NCBI RefSeq assembly: GCF_001949145.1
Contig: NW_019091355.1
Coordinates: forward strand, 866,083 to 930,082
Length of the DNA stretch: 64,000 bases
Reading direction: 5' to 3'
Source of the DNA: Acanthaster planci
Taxonomy: Eukaryota
Of this stretch, positions 1-12,302 are shown piece after piece; positions within the stretch are counted from its first letter, which is position 1, and each line of letters starts with the position of its first letter. The notes under the pieces were generated by a model. It was not told the DNA's origin and did not search any database. It saw only the letters and a list, made by a program, of their open reading frames with translations. Made by a program: the position numbers and the translations under genes.

Positions 1-1485
1 TGTCTGAAATCACCCTCGATTACGTACATGACTCCTCGGAACCCAGTAATCTGGAATGATAATCTACATGCTCAAATGTAATTGCATGGAAATTAACCAG
101 TGACGCATTTTCTATTGATAATTTAATCATACTTACCGAAGTTTCTGGCGGCACTTGGAAATCTGCTCTTGATGTGACAGTTACACTGACTATTTATAGA
201 TTTTTTGTCACGTAACAAAGTGTCCGTGTTACAGTTGATAATGTAGTAACAAACGGTATTATCCGTCGACAGGTGATACATTAACGGTCAAATAATTCTA
301 CGACACTTTCTGTCAATTTTTGACACGGATTCTGTCAATCTGTGAATAAAATATTTTCGGTTTGTGATACATTATCTGCTGGTTCCAACATTTTCAGTTA
401 TGGTTGGCCATCATTTTGTCGTTGGAAAATTAGGAGGGTCTCCAAACTGACGGTTCGTGACAGCCATCCAAAAAGAAAATTAGCTTTCCTTCTCGATCTG
501 TTGTCTGGGCTGTGGATGTTGATAGAAAGCTGCCATAATCAGAGCATTACCCTTACTACCTGTCTCGTATTTTTGTTCATTTTAATTAAAAGTGGTTGGT
601 TTTAAGATGCAGTAATAGTTGTTATGTGGCACATGTGCTCCTTTTCGTTCTAACTCCGATGAAAGAAGTGACAAGTGACATTTGGCAACTACTCTTTAAG
701 GAGATGTGATGTCAAATTATGTCGGAAATCGTCACAGAGTAATAGTGGAGCAATTCTTTATGTTGGCCTGACATCAACATGCACAGCACGTGGATATCAC
801 TCAGTGTGGTTTCAGGCGGCTGGCCGGAACCGTCAAGAACCCAACTACTTCCGCGATTTGAATCTAATACTTGTTAATTTTAAATATTATTTTTCGGGAT
901 ACACTTACAAAGACACTTTATTGACAGAAGACACATTTAAACATTAGAAACAAAACATGAAGGACGCAATAATTAACCAGCTCCCGCTGGCTTGCCCAAA
1001 AGAAACATCATGGTTTGAAACCATGATGTTTCTTTTGAAACTAGAAACCATTGGTTTCTAGTTTCGAGCTGTTCTAAAACTCTGGTTAAATAGGAAACAG
1101 GAAATAACTAAAATTAGAAAATGATAAATGCAAATACTCAAGGAAATAAAACAATATTAACGTAACATGATAACGTAAAATACAATTATTTCAATTACTA
1201 AAGCTATGAATAAAACAAAATTTGAAAGTAGACTGAAATAAGCATCTCAAATTACTTTAAGTGTACATACATGTATGCGAAAAAATACCTGTTCTGGTAA
1301 GGCAGAGGAAAACAATGGGAAAGAAAATACACGGGCATACAACCCTAAAGTGGTTGACCTTACGGCATGAAGCTGGATATTCTACAAGACATGGATGACT
1401 GAGCCCTGGTTAAAGAGGTGGTCACGTAAAGAGTGAGAAGTAGAACGTACGTACATGAAACAGTTGCGTATAGGAAAGCAATCAT
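1..1485 (-). pseudogene. Possible decayed 5' part of a secreted/mucin-like gene running off the left edge
   Basis: Exon-like segment 1485-1364 encodes a signal-peptide-like MIAFLYATVSCTYVLLLTLYVTTSLTRAQ and ends at a gtaag donor. A Ser/Thr-rich frame (PFVTTLSTVTRTLCYVTKNL*IVSVTVTSRADFQVPPETS) ends at a gtaagt donor at 137. A phase-matched acceptor at 50 then opens ITGFRGVMYVIEGDFR. In-frame stops lie in the middle part. Confidence 0.25.
997..1065. repeat. Two abutting perfect palindromes (20-bp and 14-bp arms, 1-nt spacers)
   Basis: caaaagaaacatcatggttt-g-aaaccatgatgtttcttttg (997-1037), then gaaactagaaacca-t-tggtttctagtttc (1037-1065). Confidence 0.95.
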
Positions 1486-2469
1486 GGAAGACGTCGAAAG
1501 ATTGACTATCCGCCTTGAACAAAAGCCCCCCCCGTCATAGTTTGAAAAGAGCCATTCTGGTAAGGGAGTGTTTGTTTTGTTGGTAGCGACGTGCATGCAA
1601 CGGATGCATCTTATTGTCTTCGTGAACCAGCGAATTGGAGTTCCTTCCGAAGGAGCCTCTGTTGCCAGGAAAACTGCGCTCTAGCTCTCTTGATCCAGCG
1701 CGGGGCACAATGCTGTCCATCGGACCGAAGTTAAAAGGCCTGAGTTTCAGATGTCATACTTTTTATGGGCCATTTAAATGTAACTTATTCAAATTTAATG
1801 GTAATTGGACCTTTTGAATCTCATAATCCACTGCCGGCCTTATTTTTTATGTATTCTATGGCAAAAGTAAGATAAATATAGATCCTGAGATGTGCGATTG
1901 ATGTTAATAATTTTTTTTTCATTTTGGTTAAAACGTACTAGTTGGCTAAGTCGTGTTGATATAGCCCAGCAGGTTGAATGGTGGCAGGAAAGCTGTTCTT
2001 GACTGGTGTGGTTAAAGCCACCTTTCCGTATGTACATGTTTTGGGTGTGTTGCGTGCACGATGCGTTCATGCGTTTTATTTTCACGGACACAAACATCGA
2101 GTCCATTCACATAACACACGTGTGCGTTGCGTTCGGCAGTCAAAATCGCCCAGGAGCGATTGTGACGGATACGCAACGCTTGGCGCAAGTGTTGACGCGC
2201 AGATGGAAAGGCTCCTTTATTACGGTTGGGTGCGACGCTCTCTTTCGATTTGTAGAGTCCATTTGATTTATGTACATTTAATGAACATTCCAAACTTTTA
2301 TCTTGTTTTCCTGCCTTATTAGGCATTGCTCAAGAATCATTCGAATAATGACATGAGGTTGATAAACTTGTTTGGTCCAGTGAGCCAGTATGGTATTGCA
2401 ATAGTGCATGCTCAGTACAAGGCCACTCGGAAACAGCTAGCTACATGATAGCCGATCAGCGTAGCCATA

Positions 2470-2710
2470 GGCCTTTTTCCAATACTCAACTTTGTCTCCG
2501 TCTCAGGCTTCGTGTAGGAAACCAATCCTCGATTGTGGGCCTAAAGCGTTCAACTTAAATTAAAATACTGTAATGTTTATCTCTTTTGCATCTTACTTGA
2601 TGTTTTGTGGCACTTTCAGACTTACTATTACACTTATAACGTCAAAGTCAGGAAGTAGAAAAACAGCTTAAGCCTGAGACGGAGCCCAAGTCTAGTACTG
2701 GAAAACGGCC
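2470..2710. mobile_element. MITE with about 40-bp imperfect TIRs (PIF/Harbinger-like)
   Basis: The left end ggcctttttccaatactcaactttgtctccgtctcaggctt matches the reverse complement of the right end aagcctgagacggagcccaagtctagtactggaaaacggcc. The 3-bp sequence ATA flanks both sides. Confidence 0.7.
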
Positions 2711-3295
2711 ATAGTACGCTAGCTCGACTCAATCGCGCACTTCGTTCGTTCGTTCCCGAACGATCTTGGCTTTACGAAACACCGAAAGAGCTCAATGGGT
2801 TTATATAGGTCAAGCTGGAAGAATTAGTAAACAATTGATTTTTCAATTAATCAACAGTTGCTTTTTTACATAAGTCTGCTGGTTGATTCAACGTGTGACT
2901 ATATCGATTTGGCAATTTTTGGGGGCTTAATGTGAAAGCACAACTGCTTGCTGTTTTTAATATTAATATCATTAATAAGCAGATAGTCCTCAAAGGCAAA
3001 CTAACGAGGCTAAGACAAACAACAAGCATTTCTGACCTATTTTCTTCAGAAAAAGCTGATGCTTGAAATTTCACTCACGTTTTTATTACAATGGGTTGGT
3101 TTTGTTCAGTGGCCAAATGATTGCATCAAAGAAAAGACTTGTCATTTAAAGGCAACTAAAATTTTGGCCTCTGATCTCGCATTACTCATTTTTATTCAGA
3201 AAAACTGTTTACTTTTATTTACTTGGTGATCACACCCTCACGTCAGAGGCTCAGGTCATGCAACTGATGACTAAGTCGAAGCCACGTCATCTTTA

Positions 3296-6077
3296 TCAGT
3301 CACGCGCAACAGCAATAACTTTGTACGGAACGGGTGCAAGCGTCAGTGACTCGACCGCTTTGAAGGTGATCGTAGCGCCCTCTGGCGCCTTGAAGGTGAA
3401 ATGATGGAGGAGAATTGTGAACACCAGAAACACCTCCATCTTGGCCAAGTTCTCGCCGAGACAGAAACGACGACCTAGGAAAAGGAGGCAATCAAGTGAT
3501 CTAAAGAATGAAATGACATGAAAGAATTATTTGTGTACATGAGTTTGAATAAACGCAAAAAATGCAACTTGGCATCTCGGACTGGTAGTCAAAGATGTAC
3601 CAGCCGGGCCCCGTGCTCGTTTAATTCTGGATTACTGAGATATGTTTTCTTACCTACACCAAATGGTATAAATTTCTCCCGCCGCACAAGATTGCCGTGA
3701 CGGTCCAGGAATCGCTCCGGTCGAAATTGCTTTGGATTGGTCCATTCACAGGGGTCATTGAGGACTTGCCAGAGGTTGGTGAGCAGCAAAGAACCCTTTG
3801 GAATGTGGTATCTGGTGGAAATGCCGAGCACGGGAAATCGATACATATTTGAATTATTTGGCAGCCTTTGCAGAAGCAGAATTGATACCTGACTCTAGGA
3901 GGATGCCAAAATTTTAAATGTTTTAAATGGGAGGTATGTCTTATTCACGTTTTTCTCTAGGAGATCACTATTAACTCTGTCGGTTGATCTGGCTTGGAGA
4001 TTATGACTTTTCTATAGGCAGTGAAAAGATATCGAGAAGGAAGTGGCTTGTAAAATGGCATTCTTTCAGTTTGTTAAATCTTGGATGAAAATTTCCTGTA
4101 CAATAAAAATTTTACCCTGAAACGGTGGTGTCCTCCATGCATTTATGAGGCACGCCCAAGGGGACTATGGTGACGCGCTGGATCTCGTGAAGTACCGCCT
4201 GAGTAAAGACTAACTGTGGCTTATCCGAGAGCTGCGGTGGTCTGTCCCGGCCAACCACACTGTCCAGTTCCTGCTGCACCTTAGCCTGAATTTCAGGGTA
4301 GGCAATCATGTAGAGCAAAACCCACTGGAGGGTGGTGGTTGTAGTCTCGGTTCCAGCCCCGAACAGGCCCGACACGGAGTGGAACAGACTGATAGGGTTC
4401 ATGAAAGTCGGTTGGCCTTTGCTGTCTTTAGCCTTCATCTCGCTGTAGAAAGCGTCTGTATAATCTCGCGAGATCTCGGGTCGGTATCCCTTCTCATGTT
4501 CTTTCAGTAGCCTCCTCATCATCTGTTCAAATGCCCGATTGATGGCCATGTGCTTTTTCACAATGGGAAGAAATGTCAGTTTAGCAAATATAGGCACAAA
4601 CTCGACAACTCCCCCCGCCCCACCAAGCTCATGCGACTTGTGGAGCGTCTCAAGAAGCTCTTTGAACTTCTCGTCTGTGTACTCAAACCTGCTACCGAAC
4701 ACCAAGAAGCAAATGATGTTGGCAACAGCGTTCTGTAAGAACTCTTTGGGATTAAAGCTCTCCCGTCCCTGCTTTTGTATCTCCTTAAGAAGATACCGAG
4801 CTTCAATGGAAATCTGCTTCTCAAAAGTGATCTTTCCCATCCCCAATTTCCGTAGTGCCATAGAGGAGAAACGTCTCAATTCCACCCATGGCGCACCAGA
4901 GGCGGTGAGGATACCTGAAGGAAAAAGTAAGAAAGAAATGAATTTAAAGGAGGAAAACATACATCCACCTAACGCTGAGAAGATTGAACTTCTCCAATAG
5001 CGAACAGATACTTGAGTCTATGCTTATAGGTCTGTATAAATAAAATTCCGATTATGGCTGAGACTGGCTCGTTCATTTTGACACATACTTCTACCTACCA
5101 TGACCCGGTAAAGTTAATTGGCCGATTTCAAACGAAGGGCGTCCACTCAGTTGAAACTGATCACAGGCCTCTTTGATGACGTCATAATTATGCAATACCA
5201 CCACTAGCTGATTGGCTATTTTTAAGCAGAATACGGGCCCGTACCTGTTATAACCGGAATACAAAAGATCATTAAAGATGACAAATTGACCCTAAAACAG
5301 TCACTTCCTGAACAGAGCCGGGGTGGAGAATTCTGTTTCGATTCCTTCCTATACAGTTTAGACTGTCATGATTTTTTTTTCAAAATTTGGCGGGAATATT
5401 TTACACATTAATACCTTTTGTGTGTACAGAGTTTCTGCTCAGTACAGGCGATTCACAATAGTGTGCCTCCAAGAGTTTGCAACGCATTGACCAATCACAG
5501 TGCGCGAAATCTGTCGACCCAGTGCGCGTTAGGAAAAAGTCGACAGATTCCGCGCACTGTAATTGGTCAAGGCGTTGCAAATTCTTGGAGGAGTACTATA
5601 ATTGTAAAACGCCCATATTGAAATGGCATTTTACAGTTGTGGTCATTGCTGTTTCACCCCTCTATTATGCTCAAGGAAACTTTTTGGCCCTCTTTTGATG
5701 AAAATCCCACTACTCCTGAGAATTTCCTGTCAACCTTTTATTTGTGACACCATTATTGTTGCGAGGACAGATATGGCAGTGCGGGAGAATTTTTCCGCCG
5801 ACAGAATTTCTCTGGCAATTTTAAGAGTTGAATTTGAAATGTTTAGTGTCCAAATCTTTTCCCCAAAACCTCACTTCTTGCCCATCTTGGCGAAGACCTC
5901 ATGGACAGGCTCCTTGATCCTCGCCAACTGAGGTATGTAACCGAGCAGTGGCCAACCACGCGGGCCAGGGGGAAGGTTCTTTGACCGGCTGAAGAACCAC
6001 GAGAGGACGGTGAAGATGACGAGACCAAGAAGAGCTGAGAGAAGGTTGACGTGACTCCAAAGGCCAGCCAAATCCAT
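3296..6077 (-). CDS. Cytochrome P450, CYP2 clan (microsomal), 5 exons, 494 aa
   Basis: Exons 6077-5875, 5244-5099, 4914-4116, 3811-3654 and 3474-3296 are all GT-AG with compatible phases (1485 nt total). Motifs: N-terminal TM anchor, PPGPRGWPLLG, WVELRR (WxxxR), AGTETT (I helix), EIQR (ExxR), PERF and heme motif FGVGRRFCLG. Confidence 0.95.
5447..5613. mobile_element. Fold-back (palindromic) MITE-like element in CYP intron 1
   Basis: About 70-bp imperfect inverted arms (cctccaagagtttgcaacgcattgaccaatcacagtgcgcgaaatctgtcgac / gtcgacagattccgcgcactgtaattggtcaaggcgttgcaaattcttggagg) surround a ~20-nt spacer. Confidence 0.7.
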
Positions 6078-6800
6078 GCTTCAAGAGGGAGTCTTATTGC
6101 CTGACGATCCACAGAAAAATTACCATTTATGACACTTCTGTTTCCGCTTGTCGTACACCGGACGTCAACGCCAGAAAATTATTGGAGTTTCAGCGTCATT
6201 TAAAGGACTACTGATAATGTTAACTCCTTCAACATGACATTTTCGTTCGTGTGTGCCGAGGGCTTTAGTCCGATTGCAAATTCCAGGTAAAAATGGCAGG
6301 CAGGCAGCAGGTACCGCATGAACTTTACACTTAATAAATATGCATGTCTATACTTCCATGCGTGGTTGCAATGGATACGTCCAAGTTGAACTTTGGGCTT
6401 GTTTAGAATGAAAACCAAGTACATTGTTACCGTGTTGTTTTACTGGTTCCAAAGTGCGTAAGCTGACCTATAATCGAACCTTTATCAGAGGAGAAGGCGC
6501 GATTCTCTGGGGAAGGTGAGGTTGGGATCACAGGGCTGTATTCGTCAAAATTTGCCCTCAGCTCTCAAACACGGCTTGTATTTGCCATTTTGTCTGCCTT
6601 TCGCAGTTAGATTTTCAATTTTCAATATGACGTTTATTTCCATGTTAGTGAAGATCAGGAAAGTAAATAGATGACTCCAAGATTAAATGTTATATCATAC
6701 GCTTGTTTTGATTCTGAGACAGCAAAGAAGTATTATGCCAAAGACCCTCCAGATTCCTGGTTCATTAAATCAAAGAACTGCAACCCCATGACGACGCAAG

Positions 6801-7070
6801 GAACGAAACCCAGATTTCAAAAACGGGGTTGCCTTGTCTGGCCCTGAAGAGACATAAATTCACGACTTTTTTGCCACTTAATAAATTTATTCACGACTAG
6901 TTGCGAACATTTTTCACGACCAGTTGTAAATATTTTTGCGACGTCGTGAATATTTTTTTACGTCATGAATAAATTTACTACTCGAAAACGTTGTCATGAA
7001 TATTTTCCCACAAACTTGAAGGGTCTAATATTGACCTGACCGGGACGCCAAGGCTTTTTAAGGGCTTCCA
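6801..7070. mobile_element. Degenerate non-autonomous element with internal inverted tcacgac/gtcgtga subrepeats
   Basis: Several attcacgac/tttcacgac units are followed by inverted gtcgtgaat/gtcatgaat units. Confidence 0.4.
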
Positions 7071-7633
7071 AAGCTACGGCTAAATTCAAGATACATATGT
7101 ATGCCTTACCAGAAACAAACCATGTGGAAAGCAAACCTTGTTTTTCTGAGTCATTTCGTTCCCAATGCCCTTGTTTTTTTTTTCTAAATGCACAGCTTCA
7201 CTGTTCACTTGGCATCGCACGTAGACAGCCATGCAACAGTACACGTTCATGGATGATACATAATGCTCAAGGCCAGGCCTGGCAGGCGCTGTCGTTGTAT
7301 TTGCCGTTTGTTATTCGCACAGTTACCTTCCAAAGCTCTAAAGTAACAGAGTCAGCAGTTGGAGGTCACGGAAGCCAACATTTTAGAGGGGATCTTCCAG
7401 TTTTGTCAGATTTTCCCTGACATTTCTCTTCGTGTGAATAATGAGGAATACCATAAACGCTCTAATGGGAAAGTAAAAACCGTATAGTTGAGAACGTAAA
7501 GTTTTTGTTTGTGCCTTTTAGTCGGGCAATTTGACGTCATTGTACATGTAAATGTACGTACGTATCAGTGCAATGCAGTAAAAGTCAACTCGTATCCAAA
7601 TTCACTTGTATATCCAGGTATGTGTGCGTGTAC

Positions 7634-8106
7634 GTGTATACCATGCCCAAAATCCGGAAATTTCATTTTGACCGCTGCCAATGAAAAATGGTCCCAATGA
7701 AAAACAAAGTGAATTAAAAAATAAGTTTTCTACCTATATAGAAGTAATAAATGTTTTTGTTCATAAGAGTCTTTCATGTGGCATCAAAGGTATTTGAAGG
7801 TAAACCCAGCAAATTTGTGAAAATGAGACACAAAGTACGTAAAAAAACGATAATTTTTTCACAATTATCCTTTATCGTAAAATTGACATTTTCCACTTCT
7901 TTGAATCTTTTTCGAAGATCTTTCTTACTAGAAGCTATGAAATACCACCATTTGATAGATTTTTGGCGATTTTTTATACACAAGATCTTCAAAGGAAATT
8001 GCAGTACAAATCCCTCACACGGGTCACCATCAATTGCGTTTTCTGCCAGAATTTATAATTTTCATTTTCAGGCCAACGACCCTATGTCACTTTTGGGCGA
8101 ATACAC
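7634..8106. mobile_element. Probable DNA transposon relic with short TIRs
   Basis: Left end gtgtataccatgcccaaaa resembles the reverse complement of right end ttttgggcgaatacac; the interior is AT-rich. Confidence 0.35.
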
Positions 8107-8429
8107 AAACTAAATGCACGTACATGGGCACCGAACATACGTACTTGGCAGTTCTTGTGACTTCAGATTACACGTTACATCATTCTATTTATAATTTATA
8201 AAGCGAATTTCTGTGTTCGGGGCGGTCCCTCATGTGCAATAGCAGAAAGACGGCCAAGTACGCATTCGACAATCTCATCGTTCCAAGCAGTGCACATAAT
8301 TCACCAGACTTCGCTGGACTTAAGGTGAGTCTAAATGCGCCACGATTCTCTGTTAACACGCGACTATACTCTTGATAATATCTGTAAGTTTACATTGCCA
8401 AGTCCTAGGGAGGTTTGATGTTAAATTTG

Positions 8430-8530
8430 TTGCTACTGTTTATCCCCAAAACGGGGTTCGACTTCTGCCCCACTCCACCATGACGTGGGAGCAGGGCGGA
8501 CATCGGACCCCACGGTTCTGGGGGTAGCAA
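8430..8530. mobile_element. Small hairpin MITE family; further partial copies at ~21301-21360, ~21388-21425 and ~22150-22210
   Basis: Inverted ends ttgcta..ccccaaaacggggttcgacttctgccccactc / gagcagggcggacatcggaccccacggttctgggggtagcaa. Related sequence recurs in HIF1AN intron 1. Confidence 0.55.
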
Positions 8531-8874
8531 ATGTTATCGTTAGTCTGTACGTTGTTGTTGCAACAACCTCGTACAAACATGTTTGGTAGAAACAAACATG
8601 CTGTTATATGCATGTTGGGTGCATACAGTCTGTTGACTTGATTGGTGAGCAGGGTCAGCAAGGTTAGATTCTGTTACATGTAGATGAACTCGTTGGATTT
8701 AAAACAAAACAAGCATATGGGAATAGCAACATCAAATCACCCTTTATTTAAATCCTGAAAGAGAGACCCGAATTAAAGAGAGTGGATTCTTTGTGGTCGA
8801 GCTGGAGTCGCAACCCCTGTACATTCATTAATCTATAGATTAGAACAATAATTCTACATTTTTACACAAGTGTT

Positions 8875-8985
8875 TGGTCCAAGAGTTGTGGGTTCAAATC
8901 CTATCAGAGCAACTTTCGGACTACACGGATAAGTGTGAGGGTGCAACCCAGCATATAGTATTAACATCCCCGACGTAAAGCCAAA
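8875..8985 (+). mobile_element. tRNA-derived SINE remnant
   Basis: Pol III B-box-like GGTTCAAATCC in gttgtgggttcaaatcctatcagagc; no cloverleaf. Confidence 0.35.
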
Positions 8986-9070
8986 CTGTTATCATAGTAT
9001 GCTGTGCATGTTGCAAGCTTTTTGTCCGGTTATTTCGCTTCTATCTCATAGAGCTTTGAAGAGGTAGACG

Positions 9071-12000
9071 ATGGCACAGAGCGAGGAGTCTGCGTCAGTA
9101 GTCCTGAGCAAGATCAGCCGCACACATCTGGAGTGTGGAATTTGTCATGAGAGATACCAAGTACCAAAATTCCTAGAATGTCTCCATAGTTTTTGCGAGC
9201 ATTGCCTCACGACTTACAAGAATACTGTAGCCGAGGTGTCTGCGATGATGCCGTGTCCAGTCTGCAGGAAGAAGACCAAACTGCCCCTAGACGGAGTGGC
9301 CGGTTTGAAGACCAACTTCCATCTGATGGGAATGGTCGAGGATTTCACTCTCCAGGAGAAGCTAACGCGGCAGAAAGGATTGAAGGTACCTTGCGATTTG
9401 TGTCAGCATCGGCAAGAGGCGGATTCCAGGTGCATGGACTGTCCCTTCTTTCTGTGTGTCAACTGCCGTCTGGTTCACCTTCGCATCGAAGCTACCACCA
9501 ACCATGAAGTCTTGGCACTAGACACCTTACGGTCTGGTATCATGAGCCTACGGCCTAAAGTGAAAGATGACCCGCCTTGCCAGAAACACAGAGGGGAGAA
9601 AAAGAGGTTCTTCTGTGAGACCTGCCAAGTGTTGATCTGCAGAGATTGCACAGTGGTTGAGCACCGCGAAGCAGAGCACAAGTTCACAACCATAGATGAT
9701 GCCGCTTCCCGTTTCAGGGAAGCCACTCAGAAGCTGATCGACAACGTGGAAGAAAGCTGGAGGGCGCATAAGGAAACCAAAGACGCACTAAACCAGATGG
9801 CTTCTGACTTACATAGGTCTGCATCCCTGAGCTATCAACAGGTGATTGATCGGGGGACCAAAGAAGAAAGCAAGATTGCTGATTACGAAGCGAACATCCT
9901 AAAGGATATCAACCAACGTGAAAATCTTCGGAAGGTAACATTTCGAACAAACGGGATTCGCTTCTTTCAACCGAGCAAATCAAAATCAGCTGAATCACTA
10001 AGAACAGGAAAAGAAATTAAGCAGGAATACTCCAAAAGCTTAAAAGAGAAGTTCGTCAAAATTGACAAAGCACTTGATGAGCTAAGTCTCAATATCGAAA
10101 CGTTACTGAAAACTGATGGGGATATACATTCCCTCATTGAAATTTCGAAAGAAGAAGCCCTAAAGAAAGGCAGCGATGACCGCTCGAAAGTTGCTGCCGC
10201 CAGAGACAAGTTGCTGCTTCAGGTTAGAAGCACAATCAATCTGAGACAGCAGACGATCACAGAACTGAGCAAGATGACAGAGGGGCAGATCCTGCGCTTA
10301 CGCCATGCATTGGACACCGCTGGAGATGTGGTTAAGTCTGCCTATAATGTCGACTTTCTTAATCTTTACTCTGTGATTGACAGCGATCTGGAAGACCTTC
10401 TTGGGGAGAGCCCTCCTAACCTTCATCCCGGCTATCCAAGGATTGAATTCAAGAGCAGTGATGGTACTGGATTGGGGGAGGTAGTAGTCGGTGCGACGTG
10501 GAGGTGGAAGGTATTCTATCGGGACCCGATAGAATACTGACGTCATACTCGTGTTATGTGGGAACAGAGAGCGCGATAAAGAACATAACCATAGCCACCA
10601 ATAAAGCAGTGGTAGAGGGTCTATCCGGCGTCTGGGTTCTAGACATCACAAACAGATCATGGAGAAAGGCAGTGAACCAATCAGGTAATGCATAATACAT
10701 GCAGAAAAAAAAAGTTTCCTAAGGACGAATGAGCTTTAGTGAACACAGGCATACAATGACAATGATCTCGCTTGATGTGTTTTTTACTGCTTTGATTATT
10801 CACACAAATTGTTTACATGGATTAGGCCAAAAAAGTCTTTCGTCTGTTGCAGCGAGAGCTGCAACAGCGCCCTCTGTTGTCGCACTGCTTCAACATTTTT
10901 CTCTCAAATTGTGACCCCCTGACCCTTGCGTCATATCTATTTATAGCAGTGGGCGATGCCTGGCCTAAGATAGAAGATTTTTATCAAGAGTCGTCAATTT
11001 TTGGGCAGGGAACCTGACTACCTTTTTCTGGGCAGCTCGATCTTTTACTCAGGGCGATAGATCCCGCCGAGATTGATGTTGAACAATGATAGCAGACTGT
11101 GGATACGAAGTTGTTTGTTGTCAACTTATAATCATAATAAAGCTGGTCTGGTCTCATGACTCGACAATGTGTGTCTGCAATAGTCTGTACAATCCACCCC
11201 TGGGGGAAGGGGGAAAAAAAAGAAAAAAATGTTCCGTCGCCGCATCAATTCCGGAACATAAGTCTAATCAGAGACAAACTTTTTTTCTGGCGTTACCCTG
11301 GGCTCAGTCCAGAGCTACAATAATCACAATCGAAATATGCAATTCAGTTAAAAAATGGCTAGATTTAAAAATCTCTGTTAGTGGGAAATTTGAATCCATC
11401 GCATTGGTTATTCAAAAATCACTGCAAGACGCGTACGCTGTTAAATTTTAGATATTGGCTTGTTTGTCCGTGATCCCCTTTCAAACATCGAATGTTTCAT
11501 TGCGTTACAGACGTAAAAAGAAAGCATCCTCATAAAGTTTCAGTGTAACATGGGGATTGTAATACAGCCGTTAACGTATGCTCGGGAAAGAGAAATGGGC
11601 TGGGAAAACTATTATGTAACATCTGAGTGATTTTTCTTGTTTATATATACAGGGGAGAGAGTTGCCACGTTGCCTGACGACTCTATTGTGCACATGACCG
11701 CTTCCAATGTTAGCTTGTTTGATCCAAATTTTTCGCGTCGGTCCACGTTTGATCTCTCCCGAACAATCAAGATTGATGAGTCTGACACTGAGCTTGGTCG
11801 GCCAGTCAGCATTACATACTACAAGGATCAGCTGTTGGCCATTGGATACACTAACTGGCAGGGAGTCTTGGTACACGACTCCTCTACTGGGAAGGTCATC
11901 CGCCAGATACCGGTCGGCATAAAACCCGAATTCCTGACTTCTACCAGCCGCAGTCGAATACTCGTGGCTGCACGGACCCCAGCTGTCATCGAAGGGCTCG

Positions 12001-12302
12001 ACAGCAGAGGGGGCACTGCTCTTACCATTCACCCTGTCGTTGAGGGAGTCCCTGAGGGTAAGCAGGTAAGCTGTGTTGGCATTTGCCGCGATAGCCGCGA
12101 CACCATCTACGTAGCATTGTTGCCAGATGATGTTTCTAAAGTCCATGTTCACCAGTACAGCCCATATGGCAATTTCCTAGGATGCTCAGTCTTCGATATT
12201 TCACCTCCGGTATGTGGTATCGCTGTGACTGGTAATGATTGTCTGGTACTGGCTGAACGATATCGCTGTAAAGTGTATGAAAGTCACAGTGAACACTGTT
12301 AA
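9071..12302 (+). CDS. TRIM-family E3 ubiquitin ligase (RING, B-box 1, B-box 2, coiled coil, C-terminal NHL-like beta-propeller; TRIM56/TRIM2-3-like), apparently frameshifted
   Basis: ORF 9071-10540 holds a C3HC4 RING (CGIC..C.H..CEHC..CPVC), two B-boxes and a coiled coil. The last exon 11653-12302 (phase-1 acceptor tacag|GG) encodes beta-propeller-like strands. It joins either through a weak donor after 10490 (689 aa) or through the stronger CAG|gtaatg donor after 10684, which lies in the -1 frame. Confidence 0.85.

Noticed and set aside
10538..10579. Stop-codon readthrough or selenocysteine at the TRIM TGA
   Set aside because: Readthrough reaches TAA after only 12 codons and does not join the propeller exon.
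11571..12152. 193-aa antisense ORF (also 4539-5000, 54292-54675 and others)
   Set aside because: These are shadow ORFs opposite real coding exons, with no independent motifs.
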